Of a stretch of 55,322 nucleotides of DNA, positions 26,948-36,039 are shown one piece after another. Location of the stretch: contig SVSZ01000003.1 of NCBI GenBank assembly GCA_015064025.1, positions 1 through 55,322 of the forward strand, in the 5' to 3' direction. The DNA is from Oscillospiraceae bacterium. GTDB lineage: Bacteria; Bacillota; Clostridia; Oscillospirales; CAG-272. The notes under the pieces are model-generated. The model was not told the DNA's origin, did no database searches, and was given only the letters and a program-made list of their open reading frames with translations. Each line of letters begins with the position of its first letter. Within the stretch, counting starts at the first letter, position 1. The translations under genes and the position numbers were made by a program.

Positions 26948-28588
26948 ATGGGAGCAGAGCGTCAGAATTCCGTAAAAGTCTTTTTTTCAGGCGTTCTTTT
27001 ACTTTCTCTGTCCACGGTTCTCGTTAAAATCATTGGTTTGATCTATAAAATCCCTATGCTCTCGTATCTTGGATCCGAGGGCATGGGGTATTTTAATTCC
27101 GCTTATGAGATTTACGCGCTTTTCTGTGTCATTGCCACCGCAGGACTTCCTGTTGCTCTTTCCGTCTTGATTTCGGGAGCAGTGGCAAACCGTAATCCCT
27201 CGCGTGTAGAACAAATTTATTCCGTTGCGTTTCGTATCTTTCTCGGAATCGGTCTTGTTGGCTGCGGTGCGATGTGGCTCTTTGCACGACAGTTTTGCAA
27301 ATGGATACAAAGCGAAAATGCATATGGAGTTATTTTAGCTATTGCTCCCACATTTTTCTTTGTTTGTGTTTCATCTGCAATCAGAGGCTATTTTCAGGGC
27401 TTTCAGCGCATGCTTCCTACCGCGCTGTCACAACTTCTCGAATCTGTAGGGAAGCTCGTTTTCGGGCTTCTTTTTGCCTCTCTGGCACTTAACAGCGGGC
27501 AACCAACGGAAAGCGTTGCTGCTGCCGCAGGATGGGGACTGAGCTTCGGCACGGCACTGTCAACGGCATACTTGATCATTGCAAAGCGCAGATCTCCTAT
27601 CACGGCAAAGATTCCTCGTGGGGAAGTATGCAAAAGCAGGGAAGGGGAAAAAACAACGAGAGCTCTTCTCTCGTTAGCCCTTCCGATGACACTTGGAGCT
27701 TCTCTTGCCAGCGTCATAAAGCTCATCGATATGGCAATGATCCTCAGGGGCTTACAAAGCATTGGTTACACGGAAGCGCTTGCAAACGAAGCATACGGAA
27801 GCTATACGACGCTGGCAATTTCTATTTTTTCTTTGCTTCCCACGCTTCTCAATTCGATCTCCTTACCACTTGTTCCGATCCTTTCAGCGGCCATTGCCGC
27901 GAAAGACGAAAGGCGCCAACAGCAAATGATAGAAACCTCCTATCGGTTGACCGCTTTTTTTGCAATTCCGGCTTCCTTGGGAATTGCTTGCTTTTCTCGG
28001 CAGATTCTCTCTCTGGTTTTTCTGAATCAAACAGAAAGCATTGAGGTCGCATCGCCGTTATTATCACTTCTTGGAATCTCAGTTTTTCTATCTTGTATGA
28101 TTACCGCAACGAACTCCGTTCTTCATTCTTATAAGATTGTCAAGCGCCCGATTCTCTCTTTGGTAGCAGGGGCGATCGTAAAGCTTGGGGTTGCATATTA
28201 TCTGATCGGTAACCCCTCGATCGGATTGCTTGGAGCGCCGATCAGTAGCTTTTGCTGCAACGTTACCGTCGTGCTTATGAATTTCTGTTTCGCTTCGCAT
28301 TTTTCTCAATCTATCTCAATTGGGAAAATTTTTATGTTCCCTTTGCTCAACGGGACGCTCTCAGTCGGATTTGTTTTCCTTTTTCATCAGTGGTTGTCGA
28401 ATCGATATACCGAAAGTAATGCTTTAACGTTGATCTGCTTGGGGCTCGCCGTTCTCCTTTATTTGTTATTGTCGATCTTGAGCGGAAGCGTTGGTGCAGA
28501 GGATCTTCGGACATTTCTTGGCAAAGATCGCCTATCCGCGCATAAAAATGGATTGTTCAAGGAAAATGAACAAAAAAACGATGAGTAA
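26948..28588 (+). CDS. MOP-superfamily flippase (polysaccharide biosynthesis protein; YabM/SpoVB/MurJ-like)
   Basis: About 14 predicted TM segments, N-terminal ...KIIGLIYKIPMLSYLGSEGMGYFNSAYEIY typical of the SpoVB/YabM group. Positioned upstream of yabO-yabP-yabQ. Confidence 0.75.
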   Translation: MGAERQNSVKVFFSGVLLLSLSTVLVKIIGLIYKIPMLSYLGSEGMGYFNSAYEIYALFCVIATAGLPVALSVLISGAVANRNPSRVEQIYSVAFRIFLGIGLVGCGAMWLFARQFCKWIQSENAYGVILAIAPTFFFVCVSSAIRGYFQGFQRMLPTALSQLLESVGKLVFGLLFASLALNSGQPTESVAAAAGWGLSFGTALSTAYLIIAKRRSPITAKIPRGEVCKSREGEKTTRALLSLALPMTLGASLASVIKLIDMAMILRGLQSIGYTEALANEAYGSYTTLAISIFSLLPTLLNSISLPLVPILSAAIAAKDERRQQQMIETSYRLTAFFAIPASLGIACFSRQILSLVFLNQTESIEVASPLLSLLGISVFLSCMITATNSVLHSYKIVKRPILSLVAGAIVKLGVAYYLIGNPSIGLLGAPISSFCCNVTVVLMNFCFASHFSQSISIGKIFMFPLLNGTLSVGFVFLFHQWLSNRYTESNALTLICLGLAVLLYLLLSILSGSVGAEDLRTFLGKDRLSAHKNGLFKENEQKNDE

Positions 28589-28686
28589 TTTCATTTTTTT
28601 TGAAAAAATGTTGAAAAAACACTTGCAGAAGTGCAAATAATATGATAAAATAAAAGTACCCAAAATTTATAAAAGAGGTGGTTATT

Positions 28687-28965
28687 ATGACAAAGTCTCA
28701 ATGGATTGAAAAAACCGCGAAGCAGTCCGGCATTTCCAAGAAAGATCTGAATGCAGCGTACGATGCACTTTACAATGCGCTTGAAGAAACGCTGATCGCA
28801 GGCGAGTCTGTGCAGATCACCGGCTTCGGAACCTTTGCAGTCAGAGAAAAGGCTGCATACACCGCAAGAAACCCCAAGACCGGCGAGCCCGTAGAGATCG
28901 CAGCTTCCCGTCGCGTAGTATTTTTGCCCGGAAAGACCCTGAAAGACAAGATCAATGAGGCTTGA
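28687..28965 (+). CDS. hup: HU family DNA-binding protein
   Basis: GFGTFAVREKAAYTARNPKTGEPVEI..S..V.F.PGK, the canonical HU arm. 92 aa. Confidence 0.95.
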   Translation: MTKSQWIEKTAKQSGISKKDLNAAYDALYNALEETLIAGESVQITGFGTFAVREKAAYTARNPKTGEPVEIAASRRVVFLPGKTLKDKINEA

Positions 28966-29197
28966 CAAATTTCTGAAGGTATCCCGCATTATCAAGCGAC
29001 GCACGGTTGCAAATGAAGCGTGTGACACCGAGCACGTCACCGTCAACGGAAGAAGAGCAAAAGCCTCTTATGACGTCAAAGAGGGGGACGTAATCGAAAT
29101 CACGTTCGGACAACGCACCTTAAAGATTCGTGTTTTGAACGTCAAGGAGCACACACTCAAAGCAGATGCCGCAAGCCTTTATGAAGTAATTTCCTGA
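28955..29197 (+). CDS. yabO: RNA-binding S4 domain protein (YabO/Hsp15-like)
   Basis: MRLDKFLKVSRIIKRRT...V.VNG, an S4 motif. 80 aa. The gene lies immediately upstream of yabP. Confidence 0.8.
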   Translation: MRLDKFLKVSRIIKRRTVANEACDTEHVTVNGRRAKASYDVKEGDVIEITFGQRTLKIRVLNVKEHTLKADAASLYEVIS

Positions 29198-29257
29198 TGC
29201 GAATATTCTATCAGCTTCCTGCATAAGTTTATACCAAACGAAATGGAGGAATATGAT

Positions 29258-29554
29258 ATGAGTTCAGAATCGCCGAAGGTAAATTGTATGACTCATCAGA
29301 TCTCTTTGAAGAACAGAGAATCGATGGAGGTAAGTGGCGTTACCGATGTGATCAGTTTTGATGAAAGATCCGTTATTTTGAATACTGTCTGCGGAAATAT
29401 GGCAGTTGACGGTACCGCTCTTCATATTCATGTGTTGAGTATGGAGCAAGGACTTGTCACAATGGACGGGAAAATTGATTCCGTTACATATTACGAGCAG
29501 GATTACGAAGAAAATAGCGGAAAGCGTGGATTTTTCGGAAAGTTATTTCGTTGA
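29258..29554 (+). CDS. yabP: Sporulation protein YabP
   Basis: HQISLKNRESMEVSGVTDVISFDE..V.L.T..G...V.G..LHI, a YabP family pattern. GGAGG lies 8 nt upstream of the ATG at 29258. Confidence 0.85.
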   Translation: MSSESPKVNCMTHQISLKNRESMEVSGVTDVISFDERSVILNTVCGNMAVDGTALHIHVLSMEQGLVTMDGKIDSVTYYEQDYEENSGKRGFFGKLFR

Positions 29555-29571
29555 GCGATAATTGATCGGCA

Positions 29572-30156
29572 ATGGAAATATCCCAGTTTATATTGGCACA
29601 GCTTTGGTTGTGCGCCTTTATCCTTGGAGCCGGGTTAGGCGCGGTTTATGATGTGTTTTCCATCACCCGCGTCTTTCTCGGTGTTCCTTTTACTCCTTTG
29701 TCGGAGAAAATCATTCTCGCTACCAATTTCCCTTTATTGAAGCGCAGGGAATTTCCCGATCATCCGCTTATGAGATCAGTGGTGTGCTTTCTCGAAGACC
29801 TTTTCTTTTTACTCGGAGCCACGGCATCTCTTGTTCTTTTGTTTTATCAACTCAATGAAGGAAATATTCGCATCCCCGTGATCCTTTTTGCTCTGGTTGG
29901 CTTTTGGGGATACCGCGCAACCCTCGGACGAATTCTTCGTTCGTGTATCGAGCTTTTATTTTTATCGGTGATCAATTTGATCGCCTACGTAAGTTATTGT
30001 CTGATTCTACCTGTTCGTAGATTGCTCTCCCTGCTTTGTGAGGCGCTGAAACGATTGTATCGAAAGGGAATCAGAAAATGGGAACGAAAACAACGCATAC
30101 GCTACACAAAATCGGAGGAACGCAGATTGCTTAATTCTGCTCGCGGTATGCTTTGA
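29572..30156 (+). CDS. yabQ: Spore cortex biosynthesis protein YabQ
   Basis: Multi-pass membrane protein directly after yabP, with an N-terminal QF...L...GA..G..YD pattern. Confidence 0.7.
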   Translation: MEISQFILAQLWLCAFILGAGLGAVYDVFSITRVFLGVPFTPLSEKIILATNFPLLKRREFPDHPLMRSVVCFLEDLFFLLGATASLVLLFYQLNEGNIRIPVILFALVGFWGYRATLGRILRSCIELLFLSVINLIAYVSYCLILPVRRLLSLLCEALKRLYRKGIRKWERKQRIRYTKSEERRLLNSARGML

Positions 30157-30175
30157 TATAAACAAGGAGGGCTCT

Positions 30176-30601
30176 ATGCCTGAAAAACAAAAAAAACAGT
30201 TTAGCTTGAGTTTAACTGTAAAAATATTCCTTACCGCAATGATTCTGATCTCTATCGGTGTCTTTGCCAATAGCATTATGTACTGTAACCAGATTATTTC
30301 CGAAACCGAGGATTTGAAGGGCCGTTTACAGTCGCTTTATACCACGCGCGAGGAATTAATGGAAATGCTTGGCTCCTCTGAGGAGCTCAACGATCTGCTT
30401 TCCGATTATCGCAAATGTCAAGAGTTGATTGATTCAGGCACACTCGAGGGCGAAAAGCTGGATGAATACAAGGAACGTTTGGGAGAAGTGAGAGAGTTGT
30501 TAAATTCTTCCAAAAACAAGGACTACATCTCCCGCATCGCCAAGGAAGAGCTGGAGCTTTATTTTGCGGATGAAAAAATATTTTACAACGACAAACAGTA
30601 A
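30176..30601 (+). CDS. divIC: Septum formation initiator family protein (FtsB/DivIC)
   Basis: A single N-terminal TM helix followed by a coiled coil. It lies in the conserved position after yabQ. AAGGAGG RBS. Confidence 0.7.
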   Translation: MPEKQKKQFSLSLTVKIFLTAMILISIGVFANSIMYCNQIISETEDLKGRLQSLYTTREELMEMLGSSEELNDLLSDYRKCQELIDSGTLEGEKLDEYKERLGEVRELLNSSKNKDYISRIAKEELELYFADEKIFYNDKQ

Positions 30602-30627
30602 CCTCTAAATTGCAAGGAATTTATTAT

Positions 30628-31107
30628 ATGGCAGATAACAAAAAAGATACAAAAAAAATCATCGTTCAAAATAAAAAGGCTTATCACGATTATTTCGTAG
30701 ACGAAAGATACGAGGCGGGTATCGCCTTGGCAGGCACCGAGGTCAAGAGCATCCGCAACGGCGGCGTAAATCTGAAGGATTCCTATTGTTCGTTTGAAAA
30801 AGGTGAAATTTTTGCCTTGGGAATGCATATCAGCCCCTATGAGCAAGGAAACATCTTCAACACCGATCCCTTACGCAAAAAAAAGCTTTTGATGCACCGT
30901 CGGGAGATTCTGAAGCTACAAGGTTTGGTACAGCAAAAAGGATATACGGTAGTTCCGCTTTCTCTCTATTTTTCGGGAAGCCACGTCAAAGTAGAATTGG
31001 GACTTTGCCGCGGTAAAAAGCTCTACGACAAGAGAGAATCCGATGCCAAGCGCTCCGCAGACCGTGAGATCGACCGTCATATGAAGGATCGCTCCCACGC
31101 AGATTAA
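30628..31107 (+). CDS. smpB: SsrA-binding protein SmpB
   Basis: NKKAYHDYF....EAGI.L.GTEVKS.R......L.DSY and [10 protein letters not shown] motifs. Confidence 0.95.
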   Translation: MADNKKDTKKIIVQNKKAYHDYFVDERYEAGIALAGTEVKSIRNGGVNLKDSYCSFEKGEIFALGMHISPYEQGNIFNTDPLRKKKLLMHRREILKLQGLVQQKGYTVVPLSLYFSGSHVKVELGLCRGKKLYDKRESDAKRSADREIDRHMKDRSHAD

Positions 31108-31114
31108 ATTTACA

Positions 31115-31160
31115 AAAGAATGCGACCTGCTATTATCTGAAATAGCAGGTCGCATTCTTT
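31115..31160. terminator. Bidirectional hairpin terminator between convergent smpB and the 31174-31602 gene
   Basis: 20-bp perfect stem AAAGAATGCGACCTGCTATT / AATAGCAGGTCGCATTCTTT, flanked by A- and T-runs. Confidence 0.8.
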
Positions 31161-31173
31161 ATTGTTGTGTTAC

Positions 31174-31602
31174 TTACTTCAAATTTGCAATCACACGATC
31201 GGTCCACTCAAAGACCTTTGCAAGCTCCTCCGGCTTTGCATTTCCACCGAAAATGGGAAGTCCACCGTCGATGTAAAGAACCTCGTCATAAACGGCGTTT
31301 TTGGCAACGTCCGCAATGATCTCCTTGACATTGTCAGCCGCCTTCTGGTCGCCGTCGATAATCAGCGCAATATTCTGGGCGCGCGCCTTCGTCAGCTCCT
31401 GGCAGAACAAACGGAGAGAGTCCTTAACAAGCCCCTTCGCGGAAATCATCAGAATAACGATTCTTTCCTTGTCGCAAGAATATGCGGGCGGGATAGTGTC
31501 GACTGCGTTGACACCGAGGTCATAGTGCGCTTTGATCTCAGTAGCGATATGCTTAATCTTCTTCTTGTTTGAGTCATAAAGAACTCTCATTTTGATTGCC
31601 AT
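31174..31602 (-). CDS. Hypothetical protein, possibly flavodoxin-like fold (no FMN phosphate-loop motif seen)
   Basis: 142 aa from the ATG at 31602, preceded by GGAGG at 8 nt. It shows an alternating beta/alpha-like pattern, but I recognise no family signature. Confidence 0.45.
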   Translation of the reverse strand: MAIKMRVLYDSNKKKIKHIATEIKAHYDLGVNAVDTIPPAYSCDKERIVILMISAKGLVKDSLRLFCQELTKARAQNIALIIDGDQKAADNVKEIIADVAKNAVYDEVLYIDGGLPIFGGNAKPEELAKVFEWTDRVIANLK

Positions 31603-31736
31603 TGTTTTTTCCTCCGAATCACGTCGTTTTTTCTTTTGCGAAAGAGTATTTACTATATGCTTCATTATATCACACTTCTTGCCGAAATGCAATAAAAAAC
31701 ATCAATTTTATTATATTTTTTTAAAGACGGAAACAG

Positions 31737-31765
31737 TTGACAGTATCTGTTTTTTGTGTTACAAT
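31737..31765 (+). promoter_or_regulatory. Consensus sigma-A promoter: TTGACA, 17 nt spacer, TACAAT
   Basis: TTGACA at 31737-31742, TACAAT at 31760-31765, upstream of the dehydrogenase gene. Confidence 0.65.
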
Positions 31766-31795
31766 GAATGTAAAAAACACAGGATGGTTTTAACT

Positions 31796-32752
31796 ATGCG
31801 AATCACATTTTTGGATGCGGCAACGCTCGGAGAGGATCTTGTATCTCATATCGAGCAGATTTTCGGCGCGCTTGGTGAGGTTACAGTGTATGAAAGTACG
31901 AACGCAAAAAACTTTGCAGATCACGTGCACGACGCTGACGTACTGATCTTAAATAAGTATAAATTGAATTCCGGGAATCTGCCGATGGCAAGTTCGCTAA
32001 AACTGATTTGTGTATCGGCAACAGGGTACGACAACATCGACGTTGCATACTGCAAAGCCAACGGAATTGCAGTATGCAACGTGGTGGGATATTCCACACA
32101 ATGCGTATCTCAGCTAACTGTCGGTATGGCGCTTTCGCTGATTACGCATCTTACAGAATATACAAAGTTCGTGGAAAGCGGGGAATACACACGGCAGGGA
32201 ATTGCCAACCGTCTCTTCCCTGTTTACCATGAAATAGCAGGGAAGACCTGGGGCATTGTTGGCTTTGGAAACATCGGACAGCAGGTCGGCAAGGTCGCAG
32301 CTGCGCTTGGATGCCGCGTGCTTGTCAATAAACGTACACCCGTTGATGGTTGGAATTGTGTTGATTTTGACACAATCTGCCGCGAATCGGATATCCTTTC
32401 CATCCATGTTCCTTTGAACGACGAAACGCGTGGAATGCTGGATGCGAACCACATCGCAATGATGAAAAAGAATGCAATCGTCATCAACGTAGCACGTGGT
32501 GCGGTTACGGATGAATCTGCGCTCGCGGATGCAGTCAAAAAAGGAAATCTCGGTGGTATCGGTGTAGACGTTTACAGTTTGGAACCGATGCCCGAATCCC
32601 ATCCATTTCAAGCCATCAAAAGCTTACCCAACGTGCTTCTGACACCTCATATGGCTTGGGGAGGATACGAAACTCGCATCAGGCTCTTGGAGGAAATGGC
32701 AGAAAATATCAGGGCATATCAAAATGGTGCATACCGTTGCAGAGTCGATTGA
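31796..32752 (+). CDS. D-isomer-specific 2-hydroxyacid dehydrogenase (glycerate/hydroxypyruvate reductase-like)
   Basis: GKTWGIVGFGNIGQQVG NAD-binding motif, ARG...DE, and the catalytic PHMAW histidine region. The start could instead be the ATG at 31784. Confidence 0.8.
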   Translation: MRITFLDAATLGEDLVSHIEQIFGALGEVTVYESTNAKNFADHVHDADVLILNKYKLNSGNLPMASSLKLICVSATGYDNIDVAYCKANGIAVCNVVGYSTQCVSQLTVGMALSLITHLTEYTKFVESGEYTRQGIANRLFPVYHEIAGKTWGIVGFGNIGQQVGKVAAALGCRVLVNKRTPVDGWNCVDFDTICRESDILSIHVPLNDETRGMLDANHIAMMKKNAIVINVARGAVTDESALADAVKKGNLGGIGVDVYSLEPMPESHPFQAIKSLPNVLLTPHMAWGGYETRIRLLEEMAENIRAYQNGAYRCRVD

Positions 32753-32889
32753 GAGACACATATTTTCTCGACCATTCAAATTGGGTGAAACATCCCGTGC
32801 GAGGCTTGGACGGAGGCAATTCCAAAAATGGTGTTGCTCAAGGGTTAAAAGGCACACAAATGGCGCGAAATCACCAAAAACAATACCCC

Positions 32890-32921
32890 CAACTATACAA
32901 AATTTGCATTTTGTATAGTTG
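32890..32921. repeat. Perfect 14-bp inverted repeat with a 4-nt spacer, in a non-coding gap
   Basis: CAACTATACAAAAT ttgc ATTTTGTATAGTTG. All 14 positions are complementary. No T tail follows. Confidence 0.9.
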
Positions 32922-33016
32922 GATCACTATTACAAAATTGCCTTGTTTGATCTTCCCCTTTTGCCAAACCTTTTGATTTTTTCGTGAAATAAATTCTTCC
33001 GCTGGAATATGTGAAA

Positions 33017-33049
33017 CGGCGAGGTGTGTTTACGCCTCGCCGTTTTTTT
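33017..33049 (+). terminator. Plus-strand rho-independent terminator with no annotated gene directly upstream
   Basis: CGGCGAGG / CCTCGCCG stem followed by TTTTTTT, located 265 nt after the stop at 32752. Confidence 0.7.
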
Positions 33050-33171
33050 GTCTTATGTCCCCACTATCAAGTTCAATGACATTTCGGAAGCCCTATTCGA
33101 ATATCGAAAAAAGCTGAAAGTGATGCAGAAATATTCTTATTTTGCCCAAGCAAAAAAGAAAACTGTGATCA

Positions 33172-35403
33172 TCAATATCCCGGAGGTGGCTCGTCGGGCG
33201 GCGGTGCACCCTCGCCATCCCAAATCGGGAGATTCGCACGAGGTGCATCTTGTTTTTGGGAGGCGCGCCGTTCAAAATCAAACACGGCTCTTCCCTCTTC
33301 CAGCTTTAGTGCCGCGTCAAAGGATTTCTTGGTGCGCGAGGAAACAAAGCCTTGAATCACGGCGGTTCTTCCCGTTTCTGCCAAAAGCTTTACGTTCGCC
33401 ACTGAGATAGCGCGTCCGCAAATGCTGATATTGACGGAGAATTTACAGCCGTCCTTGTATCCCGTACATCCATAGAATGTACGGAAACGCTTGACATCCC
33501 TTTTGCAAAGCGGACAAGTCGCCACAACGTCACCGAAGAATCCTGTTTCAGAATCCAGAGAAAGGTTTGTTTCCAACTTCTTGGAGAAAACCTCCGCAAT
33601 CTCCGATTCAGCAAGTTTTACGCTGTCCTGGACACTGATTTTTCCGTGATACACCTTTTTGAGTGCTTGACCAAGTTGGGAAGTTTTGTACTTATCCATC
33701 GTGATCTGCATCTGTAGCAGAGATTCGATGAGGAATTCCCCTCCGGGGAGAATTGTATAAACATCCTTCTTCAAGCTGATATATCCGCTGCTTCGGGCAT
33801 TGTCAATAATCCCCGTTCGCGTAGCTTCGGTTCCAAGCTCAAGACCTTCAAAGATGGCCTTGTAATCCTCTGTGTCGTCTACGTCGCCAAGTTCTTCCGC
33901 ATCGGCAGCTTCCTTGAGTGCTTTTCTTTCATCCTTAAAAGGATTTTTGAGATAATTATTTAACGTCTCTACCGTATAGTGCTTGGGGGGTGACGTCTCC
34001 TTCTCTGTTGGCTTGAAGTCGATATTGACGGGATCGCCTTTTTTCAGCGAAGGAAGAACCTTGTCCTTCTGATTGAAATCATCATACTTGGTCCACCCCT
34101 TTTCAATCACAACCATTCCCTTCAAAACGAACGTTTCCAAATCCCCCACCGCAATTGTGATCTCACTTCTGGTAACGATACAGTCCTCGGCACAAAAAAC
34201 GGCAATAAATCGACGAAACACAGTCGAATAGACCTTCATTTCATTTTCACTCAATTTGGTCTTATCGGGGATCTTGTACGTTGGAGTAATCGCGGAGTGC
34301 GACTCTATCTTACTATCATCAAAGATACTCTTACTATCCTTGAATTTCACGGGATATCCTAACCTTGCGCAGTTGGCAAGGATCTGCTTGATTTTATCCT
34401 TTTCTGCTGTAGCAAGATACTCGGAATTGGTACGAGGATAGGTAAGATAACCCTGCTCATAAAGCTTTTGGACGATATCCAAACTCTCTTGCATCGACAT
34501 CTTATATTTTTTGCTGAGAGCATTCTGGAGCTTTGAAAGCGAGAATAGCTTTCCCGCAAACAAGGTATCCTTCTTGTTTTTCACGGCTGTAACGACAGCT
34601 CCCGTGCGGTTGTAGAGCTCGCACATCTCTATCGCCTTTGCATACTGATCCGGCTCAAAGCGATTCTTTGAAAGCAACTCGATCACTTCCCCATTCGTCG
34701 CTTCCTTGCTGAGCATTGCAAAGTATTTCCCGGGAACAAAGTTTCGGATTGCCATATCACGATCATAGATCGCCTTTACAATAGGAACGATCACCCTTCC
34801 GACCCGCAACAGCGTTCCGGTCTTCAAGGTCGCGTAGCGCGTCAGATTTACACCGTACAGCCAATCTATATAAGTTCTTGCAAGTCCCTCTGCGGCAAGC
34901 AGATCATATTCCGTTTCGTCCTTCATTTCCGAAAGTGCTTTGCTGACGGTCTGCGGTGTCTGATCGGGAAGCCATAACCGCTTCAAGGCTTTCGTTTTAT
35001 CCTTCAAAGCGTGATTGATACAAAGACGAACGATGATCTCGCCCTCGCGATCTGCGTCTCCTGCATTTACGATCGTATCCACATCAGGGCGGTTACAAAG
35101 TGCTTGTATGGTCTCAAATTGCCGTTTTACACCGTCATCGGTGCGTTTTGTATTGCTATCCTTTCGCAACTCAAATTGAAAATTCTCAGGAAAGCACGGG
35201 AGATTGTCCATCGACCAGCGCGAGGATTCTCCCCTTTGGGGGCTATAGGCTTCAATATCGCAAAGTGAAAACAAATGCCCGAAAGCCCAAGTGATGATAT
35301 ACCCCTTTCCCTCCATATATCCCTGTCGACGTTGCATCTGCTCTCCAACGCCATCGGCAATATTACGGGCAAGACTCGGTTTTTCCGCAATGATCAAAAT
35401 CAT
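33172..35403 (-). CDS. topB: DNA topoisomerase III
   Basis: Toprim N-terminus MILIIAEKPS...WAFGHL, GDADREGE, the active-site region ...YLTYPRT.S, and a C-terminal zinc-ribbon (CPLC...C..YKDGC). Confidence 0.9.
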   Translation of the reverse strand: MILIIAEKPSLARNIADGVGEQMQRRQGYMEGKGYIITWAFGHLFSLCDIEAYSPQRGESSRWSMDNLPCFPENFQFELRKDSNTKRTDDGVKRQFETIQALCNRPDVDTIVNAGDADREGEIIVRLCINHALKDKTKALKRLWLPDQTPQTVSKALSEMKDETEYDLLAAEGLARTYIDWLYGVNLTRYATLKTGTLLRVGRVIVPIVKAIYDRDMAIRNFVPGKYFAMLSKEATNGEVIELLSKNRFEPDQYAKAIEMCELYNRTGAVVTAVKNKKDTLFAGKLFSLSKLQNALSKKYKMSMQESLDIVQKLYEQGYLTYPRTNSEYLATAEKDKIKQILANCARLGYPVKFKDSKSIFDDSKIESHSAITPTYKIPDKTKLSENEMKVYSTVFRRFIAVFCAEDCIVTRSEITIAVGDLETFVLKGMVVIEKGWTKYDDFNQKDKVLPSLKKGDPVNIDFKPTEKETSPPKHYTVETLNNYLKNPFKDERKALKEAADAEELGDVDDTEDYKAIFEGLELGTEATRTGIIDNARSSGYISLKKDVYTILPGGEFLIESLLQMQITMDKYKTSQLGQALKKVYHGKISVQDSVKLAESEIAEVFSKKLETNLSLDSETGFFGDVVATCPLCKRDVKRFRTFYGCTGYKDGCKFSVNISICGRAISVANVKLLAETGRTAVIQGFVSSRTKKSFDAALKLEEGRAVFDFERRASQKQDAPRANLPIWDGEGAPPPDEPPPGY

Positions 35404-35429
35404 AGAATGCTCGCCCCTCCCTTCTTTTT

Positions 35430-35484
35430 CTGTAAGAAAAAGCCGCAGCCCTGCTAAGTATCAGCACAGAACTGCGGCTTAAAA
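35430..35484 (-). terminator. Rho-independent terminator after the mini-ATPase gene
   Basis: On the minus strand, an AAGCCGCAG ... CTGCGGCTT stem followed by TTTTCTT. Confidence 0.65.
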
Positions 35485-35508
35485 TGTAATTTAGATCAAT
35501 CTTTTGAA

Positions 35509-35916
35509 TTAAACGAATTTACGAACGGTTTCGGACGCGTCATCAAGAGGCATAGAAACGGTCATCGTCAGATTGATGTCGATCTTCTTGAGCAGTTCCT
35601 CAAGCTCCTCAAGGAGTTTGTCGAATGCTGCCATATCTCTCTGGCAAATTCTCAAAGTGCCGTCCACGAACAGATCGGTAACATCGTGATTGCTCGCAAG
35701 GATACCTGCGATGAAGCCGTACAGAGACTGTGCGTCCTTAATCATATATTCATCCGCATTGACAAGTCTCGCTGCGGGCTTAATATCGTATCTAAGCTGA
35801 GTTCCCTTTTCAATACACACAACGTCACCCTTCGTAACCTCGAGAGCGCCGTTTACCAGATTGATGAGAGTTTTTGTTTTTCCGGTACCTTTGACACCGA
35901 TCACCAATTTTAACAT
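35509..35916 (-). CDS. Small stand-alone P-loop NTPase of 135 aa, family not recognised
   Basis: Walker A GVKGTGKTK at residues 7-15 and a Walker-B-like LFVDG. GGAGG RBS. It has its own promoter and terminator. Confidence 0.6.
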   Translation of the reverse strand: MLKLVIGVKGTGKTKTLINLVNGALEVTKGDVVCIEKGTQLRYDIKPAARLVNADEYMIKDAQSLYGFIAGILASNHDVTDLFVDGTLRICQRDMAAFDKLLEELEELLKKIDINLTMTVSMPLDDASETVRKFV

Positions 35917-35970
35917 ATTGTTACCTCCACAAATCAGAGTGGAATCGGATTTCTCCGTTTCCGTATATAA

Positions 35971-35999
35971 ATTATAACAAATTTTAAGAGTAAAGTCAA
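35971..35999 (-). promoter_or_regulatory. Consensus sigma-A promoter for the mini-ATPase gene: TTGACT, 17 nt spacer, TATAAT (minus strand)
   Basis: Plus-strand AGTCAA at 35994-35999 and ATTATA at 35971-35976. Confidence 0.6.
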
Positions 36000-36039
36000 T
36001 AGTTTTTTTGGATATTATCTAACATTTTTTCGCTTTTTT

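Noticed and set aside
31108-31173. Looked for tmRNA (ssrA) next to smpB, where it often lies in Firmicutes.
   Set aside because: The 66-nt spacer holds only a 20-bp bidirectional terminator hairpin. No tRNA-like acceptor/T-arm and no tag reading frame is present here or in the other intergenic gaps.
32656-32976. ORFs of 106 aa and 64 aa (32724-32918) in the long gap after the dehydrogenase gene.
   Set aside because: They overlap the 3' end of a well-supported gene in other frames, lack Shine-Dalgarno sequences, and give basic, low-complexity translations. The gap is treated as non-coding (see the finding for this region).
35437-35484. A hairpin containing AGCAGGGC, reminiscent of the SRP (4.5S) RNA helix 8.
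   Set aside because: It is only about 45 nt, lacks the GGAAGGAAGCAGCC-type partner strand, and is followed by a T-run directly after a stop codon. This is a plain intrinsic terminator.
33172-35916. topB plus a small ATPase as a possible fragment of a conjugative element or prophage.
   Set aside because: No integrase, relaxase, T4SS/T4CP, replication or phage genes are present. No tRNA or flanking direct repeats are seen. The neighbours are core metabolic genes (pgi, 2-hydroxyacid dehydrogenase). Chromosomal topB is common in Firmicutes.
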